A stretch of 63,585 nt of DNA, the filler included, from Nemertoderma westbladi (lineage: Eukaryota > Animalia > Xenacoelomorpha): assembly GCA_032718475.1 (NCBI GenBank). It is 3 parts of 3 records of this genome, joined end to end, with 100 filler letters (N's around TTAATTAATTAA, not from the genome) between each part and the next. Parts side by side here need not be neighbours in the genome. Positions count along the whole stretch, not along the records: positions 1 to 27,817 come from JAUCBJ010004869.1; 2 more parts are not named here. One strand, 5' to 3'. The notes beneath the pieces were generated by a model. It was not told where the DNA came from, did no database searches, and saw only the letters and a program-made list of their open reading frames with translations. The position numbers were made by a program, and so were the translations under genes. Position 1 is the first letter of the stretch. The number at the start of each line of letters is the position of its first letter. This document shows positions 15,101 through 25,479 of the stretch, in pieces.

Positions 15101-18100
15101 GACCAAATCCTCGGGGTTAACCTCGGGTTCGCCCTCGTGCGGATCTGCCCAACCCACTAACTTAATTCCCCTAACATCCACTAAATACGGCCCTACGTAC
15201 ACCACTTCAGGCTCCATAACCCCGGATCGCCACAGTTCAAATAGTTCGGTGCCGACCCCCCTCGCTCTCTCACTCGCCAGTTCTCCCTGCCCAAAACGAA
15301 CTAGATATCGTAAATGTTTATTCGACTCACCTAGTCGCTGGCTCAACTTCCCCTGATTTACCTTCTCTCCCTCTTTGGCCTCCCTCAACAGTTTCTTGGT
15401 GGCGTTGTAGGCCCGTCGAAGCCGATCGCTGGTCCCGACATCCTCCTCCTCTCCTGGTTCGGCGTCGTACCGGTGGCCCCACTGTCGCCGTTCCGGTGGG
15501 CCGTCCATCGCCCTCGGCCTGTGGCTGGCCGGCGACTTCGGTACTCCGACCGCCGTCGTGTGTTGACTCGTCCCTTCCTTGTGGTAGACGGCCGCTCTCT
15601 GCTTGGGCTACCGGATCATCACTCGTTGGCGAATCCGGCGTTGCAGGTCGATACCGTCGCGTTGCGGCCTCACTGATCGTTTGGTTGGTGTCGTCCGGGG
15701 TCCGTGGCGGTGTTCTCTCTCCCTCTGACAATCGGGGCTGTCCTGTGCTCATCTTTGTGGTGTCTGGCAGTCACAGTTTGTAGAGATTGGGATTTTTCTC
15801 ACTGTGACGGGATCAAGGATCCCGACCGGATAGATTGACTACGCGTCACCGTTGTCTTTAGGGGTGCTGGCAGTTTGGCCAAAGCCGTTGCGGAAAAATA
15901 TGGGAGTTCGATGTTATCTCCTGGTGTTGTATAATAATATATGTAATAGCACAATGACTGAATAACCGGTATACTGGTAGAACAGTATGTGTCTGAATGT
16001 TGATGACGTTTGGTGACGGTGAGAAAAATGTCACCGGTCTGCACTTAAGCTGATGACTGAGTAACTGAACCGGTATGGTAATGCATTGACAATATATATA
16101 ATCACTCCTACTCTGCTGTGGCCTTTCGTCCAGTGGATGCTCTCCCCCACCCCTATTGGCTGATAATCTACTTCACGCCTCTCCCCTCTCTGGGAGTGTC
16201 TCCCCCTGCTGTTGGCCCCTGCTGCTTGTTTCCTCTCCCGAGGTGATTTGACCTCTAACCTCCCTTTGTGTGGCTTTGGGGTTTGTGTTGTCCCCGGTTA
16301 TTGGTTGTGATACGAGATTGGTTATTGCCAATCTCGTATCTCCAATATTGCTGAAAAGGCGCCACTGTCCTAACTTTGTGAGGGTAATGCGGCGGAATTG
16401 AATCCGCTCACATGAATTCACTATTTTTAAAACATCAAAAGCAGTATCAATGGTAGAGTTGAAAGCCATAATATTCTCGAAGAGTACAGGTACGTAATAT
16501 TTTTTATACATGTACATACATAAATATTAATATTAAAGTAAAATAAAAATAATATAATAATTAATAGAGACTCACGATATCTTATTAGGGGATTTTTTAA
16601 CTTTTATTTTCAACTTCGTATCTAAAACAAAGAAATATAAAATGTAGTCCGAAGTTTGTATAGAACTATTTGTCGGAATAAGATCGCGAAATTTAATAAA
16701 GTCATTAAAATACTAAATGCTTCTGCCTAAATGTGACATAAATGTTATTTGTCTAATCTACCTTCTAGAAATGTATGGGTTGCTTTAACATTGACTTGTT
16801 TTCTTCAAAATATCCCCTTTATTATACCTACAAGTGCGGACAATAAAAACTTTAATACCTCTTCTTTATATTTAATCGGATCACACATGGATCCATTTCC
16901 TACATGGTACTTCCACACATAATGCACTGCACGCACAGTGGGTTTTACAGAAATACCACAACATTCATAATTATTATATAAGAACCTAACTACAACTGAG
17001 ACTCTTAATTCTTTCTACCTGTCCACTAATAATACTGAGTTAGAGGAGCAGTGGAATACACATTGTGAGATTATACCATTTTTTTGAGTCATGGATAAGA
17101 TTTAAGAGGGAAAATATAGAATTACGTAACATTTCCAAAAAGGCTTCAGAAAACTCACCTTTCTGCAAAAATAGTTCCCACATCATCTAAGCGGATGTAT
17201 CTAAATAACAATAGAAAGCTCTTGTTGTATGGTACTTACTCACTCAGGTGGTTACTCTATCAGGCGTTCAACGCGAAAAGTAAACCAGAGAGTACTACGT
17301 TATAGACTATAACAATATACTAAAAATACTACAGTAACAATACTACAGTATAAACTGTGGCTGTCAAAAGCAACAGAGGATGGAAAAATGATAAAGTTTG
17401 CAATTTTTTGAATTATTTCAAATTACTGGATAGTTGTGGGTTTGTGTAATGAGTAGCCTAAAACACATCCACAAGGATTTTAATCCGATCAAACACCATT
17501 CGCGTATTTACCACCATTAAAGAAAGTATTGGCAGTCGGCATTTTCATTTCACAATTAATTATTTTCATCTTATGGGATTATTAAATATCGCTGTGGCTT
17601 TTCGGGCCAGATATACAAAACTCAGGACATTCGCCGCAAAACTATTGAGAATATTATTTTCGAAGAAAATCTTGTTCCATCGATAATCACTTACATGCAG
17701 GGGATGCGGATGTCGTTTTAATTCGCGGTTTTGATTTGCACTTTCTTTTTTTCAACCTCTTATCTTGCAGAGTTTTATGTCCACCTATGAAAAAAATTAA
17801 TTATCGAATAAATGGCAAAATATGGAACGAACATGGATGTCATACGTGATATTAGAATTGCAAGACAATTAATTACCTACAATGAAAAATGAGTTTAAGT
17901 ATGATTTTAATTAATGGATTTTAATTAGTTGATTTGAAAATTGTAACAGAAATTATTACATTTAGTTTATTTTAATAGATGAATAGTCATTAGAGAAAGG
18001 AAGCAGAACCTGCTGACAGTATCAGCTTAAATTATACCTGTTGAACCAAATCGCGATGGAAAATATAGAAATATATTATGGTCATTCTTATTTATATTGT

Positions 18101-21100
18101 TCGTGACATAAAGTTGGTGACAGGTCTGCGATTTCCCGGTGGCTATTTCGGGGCAGAGGAAGGCAGGTTGGAGTTTGTTGCGAGTAAGGTGGTGGTAAAA
18201 GAAACATCGGGAATCTCTCAGAGGTGGCAAAACAGTTGTTCCTGCAAACATCCCACACTGGGATCACACGGTGCACCCAAGATGAGTGGGACTACGTTTT
18301 GAGAGTAGTTCCGATAGACGAGGATGACATCAACCCCCAATCCGCCAAACTTCATCACGAGTGTATCCCTTTAATGTTTGGGATAACGCTGGATTCAACA
18401 GGAGAATACTCACTCATCCCCCCCAGTAGGCCACCCACTTCATGTCTCCAACCATATCGAAAAAATTAGGGAGGTCCTAAATGTTGAACAAGTTGAGACT
18501 GCTGGACACACTCCCCAAGCAGGGTACCGAACTGTCGAGCGGATAGTCCACCATAAGACAGGTGGTTGGTTATCAGCCCAGCCATCTGTGCTTGACAATA
18601 CAGACCTCAGCCCATAAGAATTCTGGGACAGTCTAGCGCTTCAGTATGCCCTAATTTCACCAGACCCACTAATGTAGTGCGAGGGCTGCGGTGTCCCCTT
18701 CTCCACACCCCATGCACTGTGCTTCAACTCTGGTGTAATAATCATAAAGCGCCATGATGATGTAGTAGAGCTCTTCGGTGACCTAATTGCCATCCTGGCG
18801 ATCCAGCGTTGAGAAAGCTTACTCGAAGGCATTATAAGGAGGCTGCTATTCGCCCACCTATGGTGATCATACATTTGCGGGGCAGCCGGCATTCTTGGCG
18901 TGGTCTGGGGTTTGGTGACGGAGCCAGTCTACGGGGTCAGACCTCACCACCCTGTACATAAACTGACAATTAGTATTGTATTATTAATATTACAGTATTA
19001 TGGTAAACAATTATTTACATACAGTAGCTAGTCCCGTCACTGCAAACTATATTAAAGCAGCATGCATTAACATAAATGGAAATAATACATTCTGGAATAC
19101 GGTAATTGAAGTTGTTTCCATGTCATTGATTACTTGGCAGTGTTCCGTCCTATAGGTCGCAACGCTGCAAAGTAGTACTTTTTGCAGTAATTCACCAGAA
19201 CGCAGTTAAGTTGACATAATGTGACAAAACCACTTTAACACTTATAATTATTATTCTATAATGTTACCCCTCTAAATTTTTGGTCCTGCGGTAGCATTCT
19301 GGGACCTTTTTTAGTTTTTTTTCACTAACACTCCCAAACGGAGTAAAATTTATTTAAAAAAACGATATTCTTTCAATAAAATACAAAAATGGATATCCTG
19401 TAAGACTTAAATTAAAATACATTAAAACATGACCATAAATATTTATATATAGGCCTCCTATTATATGAATCTGAGGCGCTGCTGGGGAGAGTTCTTTTAG
19501 CGAAGGGCAGCATATGCGTGGTACCTATCGTTGCAGCTTCCTCCACAGAAACGAAATTTACAGCAGGGTGGAGCAGTGGAGCAGGGTTAGAACACAGTTT
19601 CCTTTCCAATGAAATCCATTCGCAGTACAACCCGTTATAATGTGTCTGTTTTGTTGGTATTGTTGTTTCCTAGCATAACTTTTAAATGCTGAACCCTGTG
19701 ATTAGTTCTAGGTGATAAAATTTTCTTCTCTCTCTACTCGATGAGAAATATATTGATCTATCACCACAGCTGAGAAAATCTGAGCTGGGTTATCGTTACA
19801 AAGGTTTTCAACAAAGGAACCAGGTTCGACCGACAAGTTTCAGCGCTAGTGTGGCTGATGCATTCTTTGTTAGACAGAGTACCGGTAACGTTTAATGAAT
19901 AATGCTTTTGATTCTATCCAATTCTATTATGTTTGTTAATGATAGAAATTGCCCTATCTCTGTTAACCCATATGAAACGATAGGGGTAATCTTCATTTTG
20001 ATCCCTGCTTTTTACCTTCTTCCACTGGATGTTGGTAAAACTCAGTGAAGTTTAGAGATTTATTCCCAAGTACTCATTCTCGTTGCTGAACCTAGCCTAT
20101 CAGCTTGTCTAAACTTCACGATTTTTGTAATTTTGAGATTAAGTTTTCTTTTATTTTATTATCCCTACACCACAAGTTAATACCATTTACACTGATTTGA
20201 ATATCACTTCTAATTGTGGAGTGCACAACCAAATCATCCGCATAGAATATACACCACAATGTTACAGCAATTTGCCGCAATTTAAGCGCAAGGTCTGCCA
20301 CATACATGATGAAACAACTAGGGGAAAATGAGTCACCCTGTAGCATTCCTCTCATTTGTATAATAGAGCTCGATAATGTTAGACAATCGAATAGGGTGAT
20401 AGTGTTATTTAGAATACTCTTGATCAAGTTGTACAATTTCCCTCTGATATCGAAGGTGTGATACATCTTCTGTAACAAAATAGAGTGGTCGACCACATTG
20501 AACTCCTTTCGGAAGTTGATTAATAAACAGCCTTTGTGTCTCTATCGGACTTGTAGATGGCATTTAATGTTTATGAGTAATGCCAAACTGCTCTTCTGGG
20601 ATCAAGTGATTTATATTAGCCAGAACCTTTGTGTTTATTAATTCAAGAGTTTCATCATAACATTAATCAGTGCTATTCTCCTGTAGCTATCAGTTTTTTA
20701 ATGTCTGTCCCCCTTCCCCTTGTATAATAGTTGTACTATACTCGTACTCCAAGAAAAAGGAATTGAGCCGAGATACAAACAACTGTTATACAGTGCTACT
20801 AAGATTGTTTGGATGACTGGCAACCCCAGCTCTCTTATGAACATTATCTGGCCCTGAAGCCTTGATGTTCTTTAAAGGTGGGACTCCTACTAGTATTACC
20901 TTAGCCGTAAAGCTTTCATTATACCATTGTTAATATCGTAGTTCTTCAATACACGGATCAGGCACATCAATACTGTGCATTTATTTTATACCAATAGTTT
21001 ATTTAGTTTATTTAACGTGTGCTTCAGCCACATCCATTGTAATCGGAACCACTGACTTTTGTTTCTTTCCCTGAAAGAACCTCCAAGGTGTTATTTCGGA

Positions 21101-24100
21101 ACATCTTATTCACTCAAGTAATGTTCCTTCGTCATGGGCTGCCTTTTTGTTTATTTGTTTTGTTTTTGTTTTGTCTCTTTACCCATTATAATTCATCCTG
21201 AGGTTTGGATAAGTGTCTCGAGTCTATAGTCTCAATTACAGAATGTTTGAAGGCAGAGCATTCTTCGCCAAACCATGGCTTATGCCAGAAGTTTCCTTTT
21301 GAGCTCTTTGTTCCCACAGATCTCTTGATGACATGGTGTGTCTGCAGGGTGGTGCTGGGTGGAAGCATGGTTGGTGTGTCTTCAGGGTGGTGCTGGGTGG
21401 AGGCAAGGTTGGTGTGTCTGTAGGTTTGTGCTGGGTTGAGGCAAGGGTAGTTTGTCTGTGCATTGCCAGAGGCAAAATGGAAACCAGGCTTCTATGTGGG
21501 GAGTAAAAAAGTATTGGGTAGTTATGGAGTGTACTCCCTTGGGAGTTAGTGTGGCAACATCCCTGTTTTACATGTAACAGCCAAGAGAGTCACCAAAAAT
21601 TTATTATAGATTTCATATTCTGACACAATTACAAAGCTATCTAGTTGCCTCTAAATCCTGAATCTCGGTATATTTTTTATATTTTTTAAGACATTGTGCA
21701 GTGGTCATATGACACATATATTCGTCATGGATGATGTCACAAAATGAATTTGGGATCTGTTTTCAAGGTGGCACATGACATTTTAACAAATCACCTACCA
21801 TTTCCTCTTCATCACCGTTTGAAACCATGACGGATATATGCGTCATGACACAATCTATTGTCTACCGTTTGACGCACCGGTGCGTCAAAGACAGTCAAAG
21901 TGTTAAATTGGGGCCATGAAGCTCAAGAAATCAAGAACTTGGCTTCAGGTAGAGTTCCTCACAGTCTAGCCTAGTGCAAGGGGACATCTAATTCCCAAAT
22001 GGGGTTTTTGCTGTGTGCAGTACGAGCCTGAAAAGGACTCAGAACTAAGCAGCACGGGGTGCCGCAGTGGGAAAGTGACTGAATGCCTGAGCGGTGCACT
22101 TGCTGTGCGTAGTACGAGCCTGAAAAGGACTTGGAAATAATTGGCATAGTGCTCTGCGAAGGACTGATACTGACGGAGTGAGGTTTGTGGCCTACGGAGT
22201 TATTACAAGCCTGAAAAGGACTCGGAACGTAACAGAAGTCGCACACTTTCGCTTGAGCCGAAGCTACACGACTGACTGAGTTGTTTATGGTCTACGAAGT
22301 TATTACTAGCCTGAAAAGAAGTCAGAACGTAACGGAAGCCGTATTCCCTCACTTGACCAACAGATATCGATGGACAGAGTGGTTTGCAGTCTATGGAGCT
22401 ATTACGAGCCTGAAAAGGACTCGGAACGTAACGGAAAGCTGCATTCCCTCACCAGACCCGACGGATATTAATGGATGGAGCAATCGGCGGCGAACGAAGC
22501 TATTACGAGCCTGAAAAGGAATCGGAACGTAATGGAACCGCCAATCCTCAACCGACGCAGACTGACGGAGTGGACCGCAGTTGAGGGAACTATTACGAGC
22601 CTGAAAAGGACTTGGAACATGATAGAAAATCTGCGATCCCTTGCTGGACATGACGAACACCAACCGGACAGACTGGTATTAAATGTAATTGGGGTGGTTA
22701 AAATCTTATAAAGTAAGACTGTCATCATATAAAGTAAGTCTGCCGTCCTATAAAGTAAAATACTAAATAAATTGTCTTGTACTGTAGGTTTATTATTGTT
22801 TGTGTTTATTCTAATTATTTGGTGTATGGGAGTCCAAAATATTTAGAATCAGATCGTTTATAAGGAATCAGGTATTGGCGTATTGACTTATGAGTTTATT
22901 GATAGTAACTGATTGGCATTGAACTCCATATTATATTGAATATCAATCTGCTGTAAGCAAAAGGTGGTGGGATTTGAGTGAGCAATATATTAGATAGCGG
23001 AACTGTGTTATACGGGGGTATTATTGTATTTAGTTAGAGTTACAATAACTTATAGATATTGATTAAAGTTTGGACAGTCTACATACTGTACTTAGATTGC
23101 TCTGTGGATCGGTCCCAGTGTGTTCCGAATGGCAGGGAGACTCACCTCCCTGAATTCCTTCCACAAAGGGAGGGAAAACTGGGCTTCTGCGGAGCCACAA
23201 TGCGGCATTCCCACGCCAGAAGGACACAGACAAGTATTGAAATAGGTGCTTGACTGAGTCAGACACAGGAATACCACGGTGCATGTTATGTCCGAACCGA
23301 AATCTCCAATGTTCTTACTTTGGTTCTCGAGGGAAAAGTAGTTCTTCATCACTGGGTGACTAATCGTCATAATCCAAGGGTCGAAGGTCGAATACCTCAA
23401 GCCAGTCTAAATTGGGGCTCGACTACTAATACTGGTTCGAATCCGGTAGTTTTCCCACTAAAATCTGCCAAGCACTGCAATTCTCCCCACAAACAGTGGA
23501 AGAACTAATAATCTTCTTGTTCGCGGACGAACAGCTGTTGCTAACTACGGCCAATGTGTAAACTACTGCTAGGCTATGGTCTCCGGGCGGGGGAAGTTAT
23601 TACTCAAAACCGGACAGACAATCAGCAACTCGAGGTCCGAAAAACTAATATCTCTAATTTCATGCTATAAAATTTCAGATTTGATACCAATAAATTATCT
23701 GGTACAAAGTTAATGTAACACATGTTAGTAACCCAACTTCTAACTGTCCAGTGAGTTTATTGAATATAATTGAGAATCCCTTTGTTCAACCCTCACCTCT
23801 CTTGCAATCAATAATCAAATCACTGGCGACTCATTCAAGGTGAAAAAGTCGCCAGTCCAAAGGACTGATGACTCATTCACGGATAAATAGTCATCAGTCA
23901 AAATCACTGATGACTCATTGAAGGTGAAAAAGTCACCAGTCAACTACTACTACTACTAGGATTGGCATGCTGCATTGCAGCTGCATTTTTAAGAATGCTA
24001 TGCCAGCCTGTCGACAAAATTGCACCACCACAACTCCCTCTCACCCATGACATTTGCTAGATCATCCGCATCTTCAAGGCCAGTGTCCTTTAAGATGCGT

Positions 24101-25479
24101 CTCAAGAAAGTCATGGGCTGGACACCATGCTTATTCACTCCATGAGGCTGCCAAAGCACAAGATTATGCACTGGCTGGTACTCACGGCAAAAGCAATGTC
24201 CTGCATAGATGAGGCGGCTTTGTTCTAATGTCAAGCTTTGGGGAACAAATGAGACACCTCCAATGTTATTTAGTGTCTGGTTGTAGATGTGTGCATTGTA
24301 CTTGACACAGTGGACCCGGCGTAGCATTGTCATGAATGTGACTTCCAGAGATTTGGTGTCCTCGGCGTTTAGGGCCCAGCATGGACTCCCATAGAGGAGT
24401 ACTAGAACTACTGTTGCTGCTGCAGCAGTCAAAATGACTGAAAACTCAATCAAGGTGAAAAAGTCACCAGTCAAAATGACTGAGGACTCATTTAAGGTGA
24501 CAAAGTCATGAGTCAAAATGACAGACGACTCATTCAGGGTGAAAAAGTCGTCAGATATATTTTGATATATTTTGAGCACAAACTTCACGAATCCCGCCTT
24601 TTTTATGCCATAGCTGAAAATCTGGATGTCAATGATCTGGCCCTGTACGCATGCGGCTGTAAAGTCGCATTCCAGCGAGTACTAACAGAAATGGACATAT
24701 TCGAATACCATCATATAGGGCTTCTGATAGGACCAAAGAATGGCGGAGCACATATCATGGAAATGACCAAGGATCCATGGGATGTCCTTGAAGGGGAAGA
24801 TCGCACTGTCAAAGCTGGATATGATGGTTACAAGATTCAAAGCTGGATTAGGTGGGTCACAAGTTGGATCTGGTGGCGTAGGATGCCCCATAGTGTACTA
24901 TATAACTACTATTGTGGCTCCAATAACAATGGCTCGAGAACCCATGAATGGCTGAACTGATATTGAAAATGTGGCCAGGATGTAAAGGGCAGCGATTTAT
25001 TGGCCACGACGATTGCATCTATTCGACGTTATCTGGTGATTTACCCTGATGAGGCTGTCATGAGACGGAAGTGTGTGAGGAGCCATTAAATGTGGAAATC
25101 CGTCGCTTCTAACAATCAAATAATGGTTTTCTTATAAAAGACTAAAACAGTACCTATTAATTATTACAATGGGTTGAAGTCGAGGGCCTGTTATAGTAGG
25201 TCATGATGCATCCGTCCATCATAATTCTAAGTTAGATGGCAATAAATTAAATATTCGAATCAGCTATTAATATATTAATTATTTTTAAAATAATTTTTAC
25301 TCACTTTGAATGGATCCCAGTTGAAATTGTTCCTTCCATTCAAGTTGTTTTTTGACCCATTCACTAGTTAAATCGTCTTTATTATACATGTAATCGTCCT
25401 GATTGTCTAGCATTGTCAATAATGATCTGTGTCTTCTTTTCTTCTTCTTTTTCAGCTTACAATTTCGCGATGTGTGGGT
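129..25479 (-). CDS. Multi-exon gene of unknown product, possibly the C-terminal part of the NCOA-like gene. Proposed exons: 25479-25305, 17784-17695, 17186-17159, 16802-16762, 16621-16576, 6809-6743, 3130-2994, 1636-924, 548-403, 210-129; continues beyond the last exon
   Basis: All ten segments have AG/GT boundaries (donors gtgagt, gtaagt, gttagt, gtagat, gtacgt) and join in compatible phase with no stops. The three exons under 50 bp were picked partly because they fit, so they are the least certain. Confidence 0.55.
255..433. repeat. Short degenerate tandem repeat (~41 bp, about 4 copies) spanning an exon end and splice donor
   Basis: Recurring gatttacttgg(t/c)aac(t/c)aacctt; on the minus strand each full unit carries aag|gtt(a/g)gt. 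Confidence 0.6.
924..1636 (-). CDS. Large Pro/Gln-rich internal exon of the minus-strand gene
   Basis: Overlaps ORF 919..1596 (QQQYYP, PPPPP, QQPP). The apparent stop lies inside the donor GAAA|gttagt; phases match the neighbouring exons (CA+G=Gln upstream, A+GC=Ser downstream). Confidence 0.65.
1996..2892. mobile_element. Inverted-repeat (MITE-like) segment enclosing a copy (~2063-2787) of the Kolobok-like element
   Basis: ttttaggctcattcgaaag...tctcagagaac at ~1996 is the inverse of gttctctgaga...ctttcgaatgagcctaaaa at ~2858-2892. The interior is an inverted homologue of 51529-52241. Confidence 0.6.
3342..3611 (+). mobile_element. 5'-truncated RTE-like LINE (3' end) with (GTA)n tail
   Basis: Homologous to the 3' end of the copy at 60825-62206; flanked by a 15-bp TSD gttgtggggccttcg (3327-3341 and 3612-3626). 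Confidence 0.9.
4187..6608. repeat. 45-bp tandem satellite, ~54 copies
   Basis: Unit gatctacagacacactgattgagataatggtacccgtatgcgaca with few substitutions; two units near 4773-4820 have 2-bp deletions. Confidence 0.97.
7449..7950. mobile_element. ~500-bp MITE with imperfect terminal inverted repeats
   Basis: ccggtgtaacagataattttcactccccata... versus ...tatgggggtggaaattctctgctacaccgg; repeated internal ttctcactcc/ttcacccc motifs; no clean TSD. Confidence 0.65.
8208..8815 (-). repeat. 3' LTR
   Basis: Direct repeat of 15803-16412 with TG...CA termini. Confidence 0.95.
8816..8824 (-). other. Polypurine tract of the LTR element
   Basis: Minus-strand G-run followed by AG directly abutting the 3' LTR. 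Confidence 0.8.
10026..12371 (-). CDS. BEL/Pao Gag plus aspartic protease
   Basis: BEL-type gag core (PFKFDGSRPEEYLQF...AWRALDREYG), Zn knuckles CQLH-x4-H-x4-C and CHRC-x4-H-x4-C, protease LVDSGA, BEL motif PFGWTLSGP; no RT, RNase H or integrase follows. Confidence 0.9.
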   Translation of the reverse strand: MINPTQRKSTGPTGGPHPIGESVQHPSNPLEAQAMGMATLIDALKTRIELPPVEPFKFDGSRPEEYLQFRRMYSNEILSKNLTQAECLKYLQVYTGGPAYDIVRQYQGIEGGFTTAWRALDREYGHPAKIIRQTLRGITSGGLQDNPVSIKTFANKVEKALIVLKTLDAPYELNASNNITTIAQALPIWLRSKWRKIAFSTREKKGAEPGLEEMSNFLNYEAELITDPVYSEDSLGKAPKTEYNRPKPEHNPADPFPRVRQSLPHAATQGATSPQLAGSRATPWQGQKENNITNKHNPNTPSRPSPNNQNTKSVDINLCAIREGLYRERYNPGFECQLHRDGTHKTMSCKHWQALPKQDRVAYADANGLCHRCVVEGHRSGECRETAIGDDETGGQTMATSTTGARRKRKVLLGVVPVKITGRGGRSVTTLMLVDSGAAFTLVENWVAEEIGLQTRPSRLAVTTISSKDEVLEMRTGRCEISAIAPGCDYGATIDPIQIIESININARRPTKIEVEQYRFLDDIDFSIPEVDVRKVSIIVGMDCPTAHERVQTIFGEDRQRDPAAILMPFGWTLSGPIKTKIPHRVSDTSGCMLPGTIEDVEKKPETGNGEVPCEKRPKKIYQELAIDLEPCTVERVERIEDSSRRIPSVDKLGGEVIGREWVVENGFDAEDLETMEWNKDVPGKYRYGDREEWTARCPEECSEECLEECPEETRVRLRGIPRRGRSNKKTGWKGLGLLLSVLFCLSFRFVSILPQGDDKVGWHFAARGRGSQEGGGKTRS
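12440..15752 (-). pseudogene. Frameshift-broken upstream ORFs of the BEL element (low-complexity, Arg/Glu- and Asn-rich Gag N-terminal extension)
   Basis: ORFs 15327-15752, 14798-15508, 13710-14429 and 12440-13270 are all on the minus strand. The last joins the gag frame if the C-run at ~12493-12509 changes length. Confidence 0.6.
13302..14010. repeat. Internal tandem repeats of the LTR element (~4 x ~122 bp, then ~3 x ~60 bp)
   Basis: Repeated tgtgggacattctctgccccc...cttcgcttctacgcccctct and aactacgtggccttgcaggctcccgt units. Confidence 0.85.
15803..16412 (-). repeat. 5' LTR with candidate CCAAT (~16155-16159), TATA (~16092-16100) and Inr-like TCAGT (~16067) on the minus strand
   Basis: Direct repeat of 8208-8815. 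The promoter motifs are in the expected order; their function is inferred. Confidence 0.9.
18100..18800 (+). mobile_element. Degenerate CRE-like (RLE-type) non-LTR retrotransposon fragment
   Basis: Frameshifted peptides GGYFG...FVASKV, QDEWDYVLRVVP, GWLSAQP, FWDSLALQY, CEGCG-x-FSTPHALC...RHDD resemble the CRE RT C-terminus and zinc knuckle. Confidence 0.55.
19800..21310 (-). mobile_element. Degenerate LINE ORF2 (reverse transcriptase) remnant
   Basis: ORF 20116-20496 has GMLQGDSFSP and FYADDLV; a KPWFGEEC motif lies upstream; many stops and frameshifts. Confidence 0.8.
21337..21460. repeat. ~38-bp tandem repeat, 3 copies
   Basis: gtgtgtct(g/t)cagggtggtgctgggtggaggcaaggttg-like units. Confidence 0.75.
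21690..21902. mobile_element. Small TTAA-flanked MITE (piggyBac-like)
   Basis: TTAA at 21686-21689 and 21903-21906; internal palindromic atgac...gtcat motifs and a perfect 22-bp palindrome at 21868-21889. Confidence 0.5.
22020..22630 (+). repeat. Seven-copy array of a conserved ~35-bp core with diverged spacers (period 90-101 bp)
   Basis: Core tattacgagcctgaaaaggactcggaacgtaacggaa at ~22021, 22113, 22202, 22301, 22400, 22501 and 22591. Confidence 0.85.
23815..24552. repeat. 42-bp tandem repeat interrupted by a LINE
   Basis: gtcaaaatcactgatgactcattcaaggtgaaaaagtcacca-like units, about 3 on each side of the insertion. Confidence 0.85.
23944..24425 (-). mobile_element. 5'-truncated RTE-like LINE
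   Basis: (CTA)n tail at the left end; VLLYGSPCWAL...TFLRRILKDTG peptide; ~7-bp TSD cagtcaa. Confidence 0.9.

Larger units (their letters stand above)
8208..16412 (-). mobile_element. BEL/Pao LTR retrotransposon, non-autonomous (gag-protease only)
   Basis: Two ~610-bp direct repeats with TGTGA...TCACA ends; 5-bp TSD TGAAT (8203-8207 and 16413-16417); polypurine tract next to the left LTR on the minus strand; BEL-type gag-protease ORF. Confidence 0.95.

Noticed and set aside
22020-22630. True CRISPR array
   Set aside because: Eukaryotic context, no cas genes, variable repeats and mutually related spacers.
23170-23290. Independent small gene
   Set aside because: The peptide HLFQYLSVSFWRGNAALW resembles the C-terminus of CRE-like retroelements; too short to annotate.
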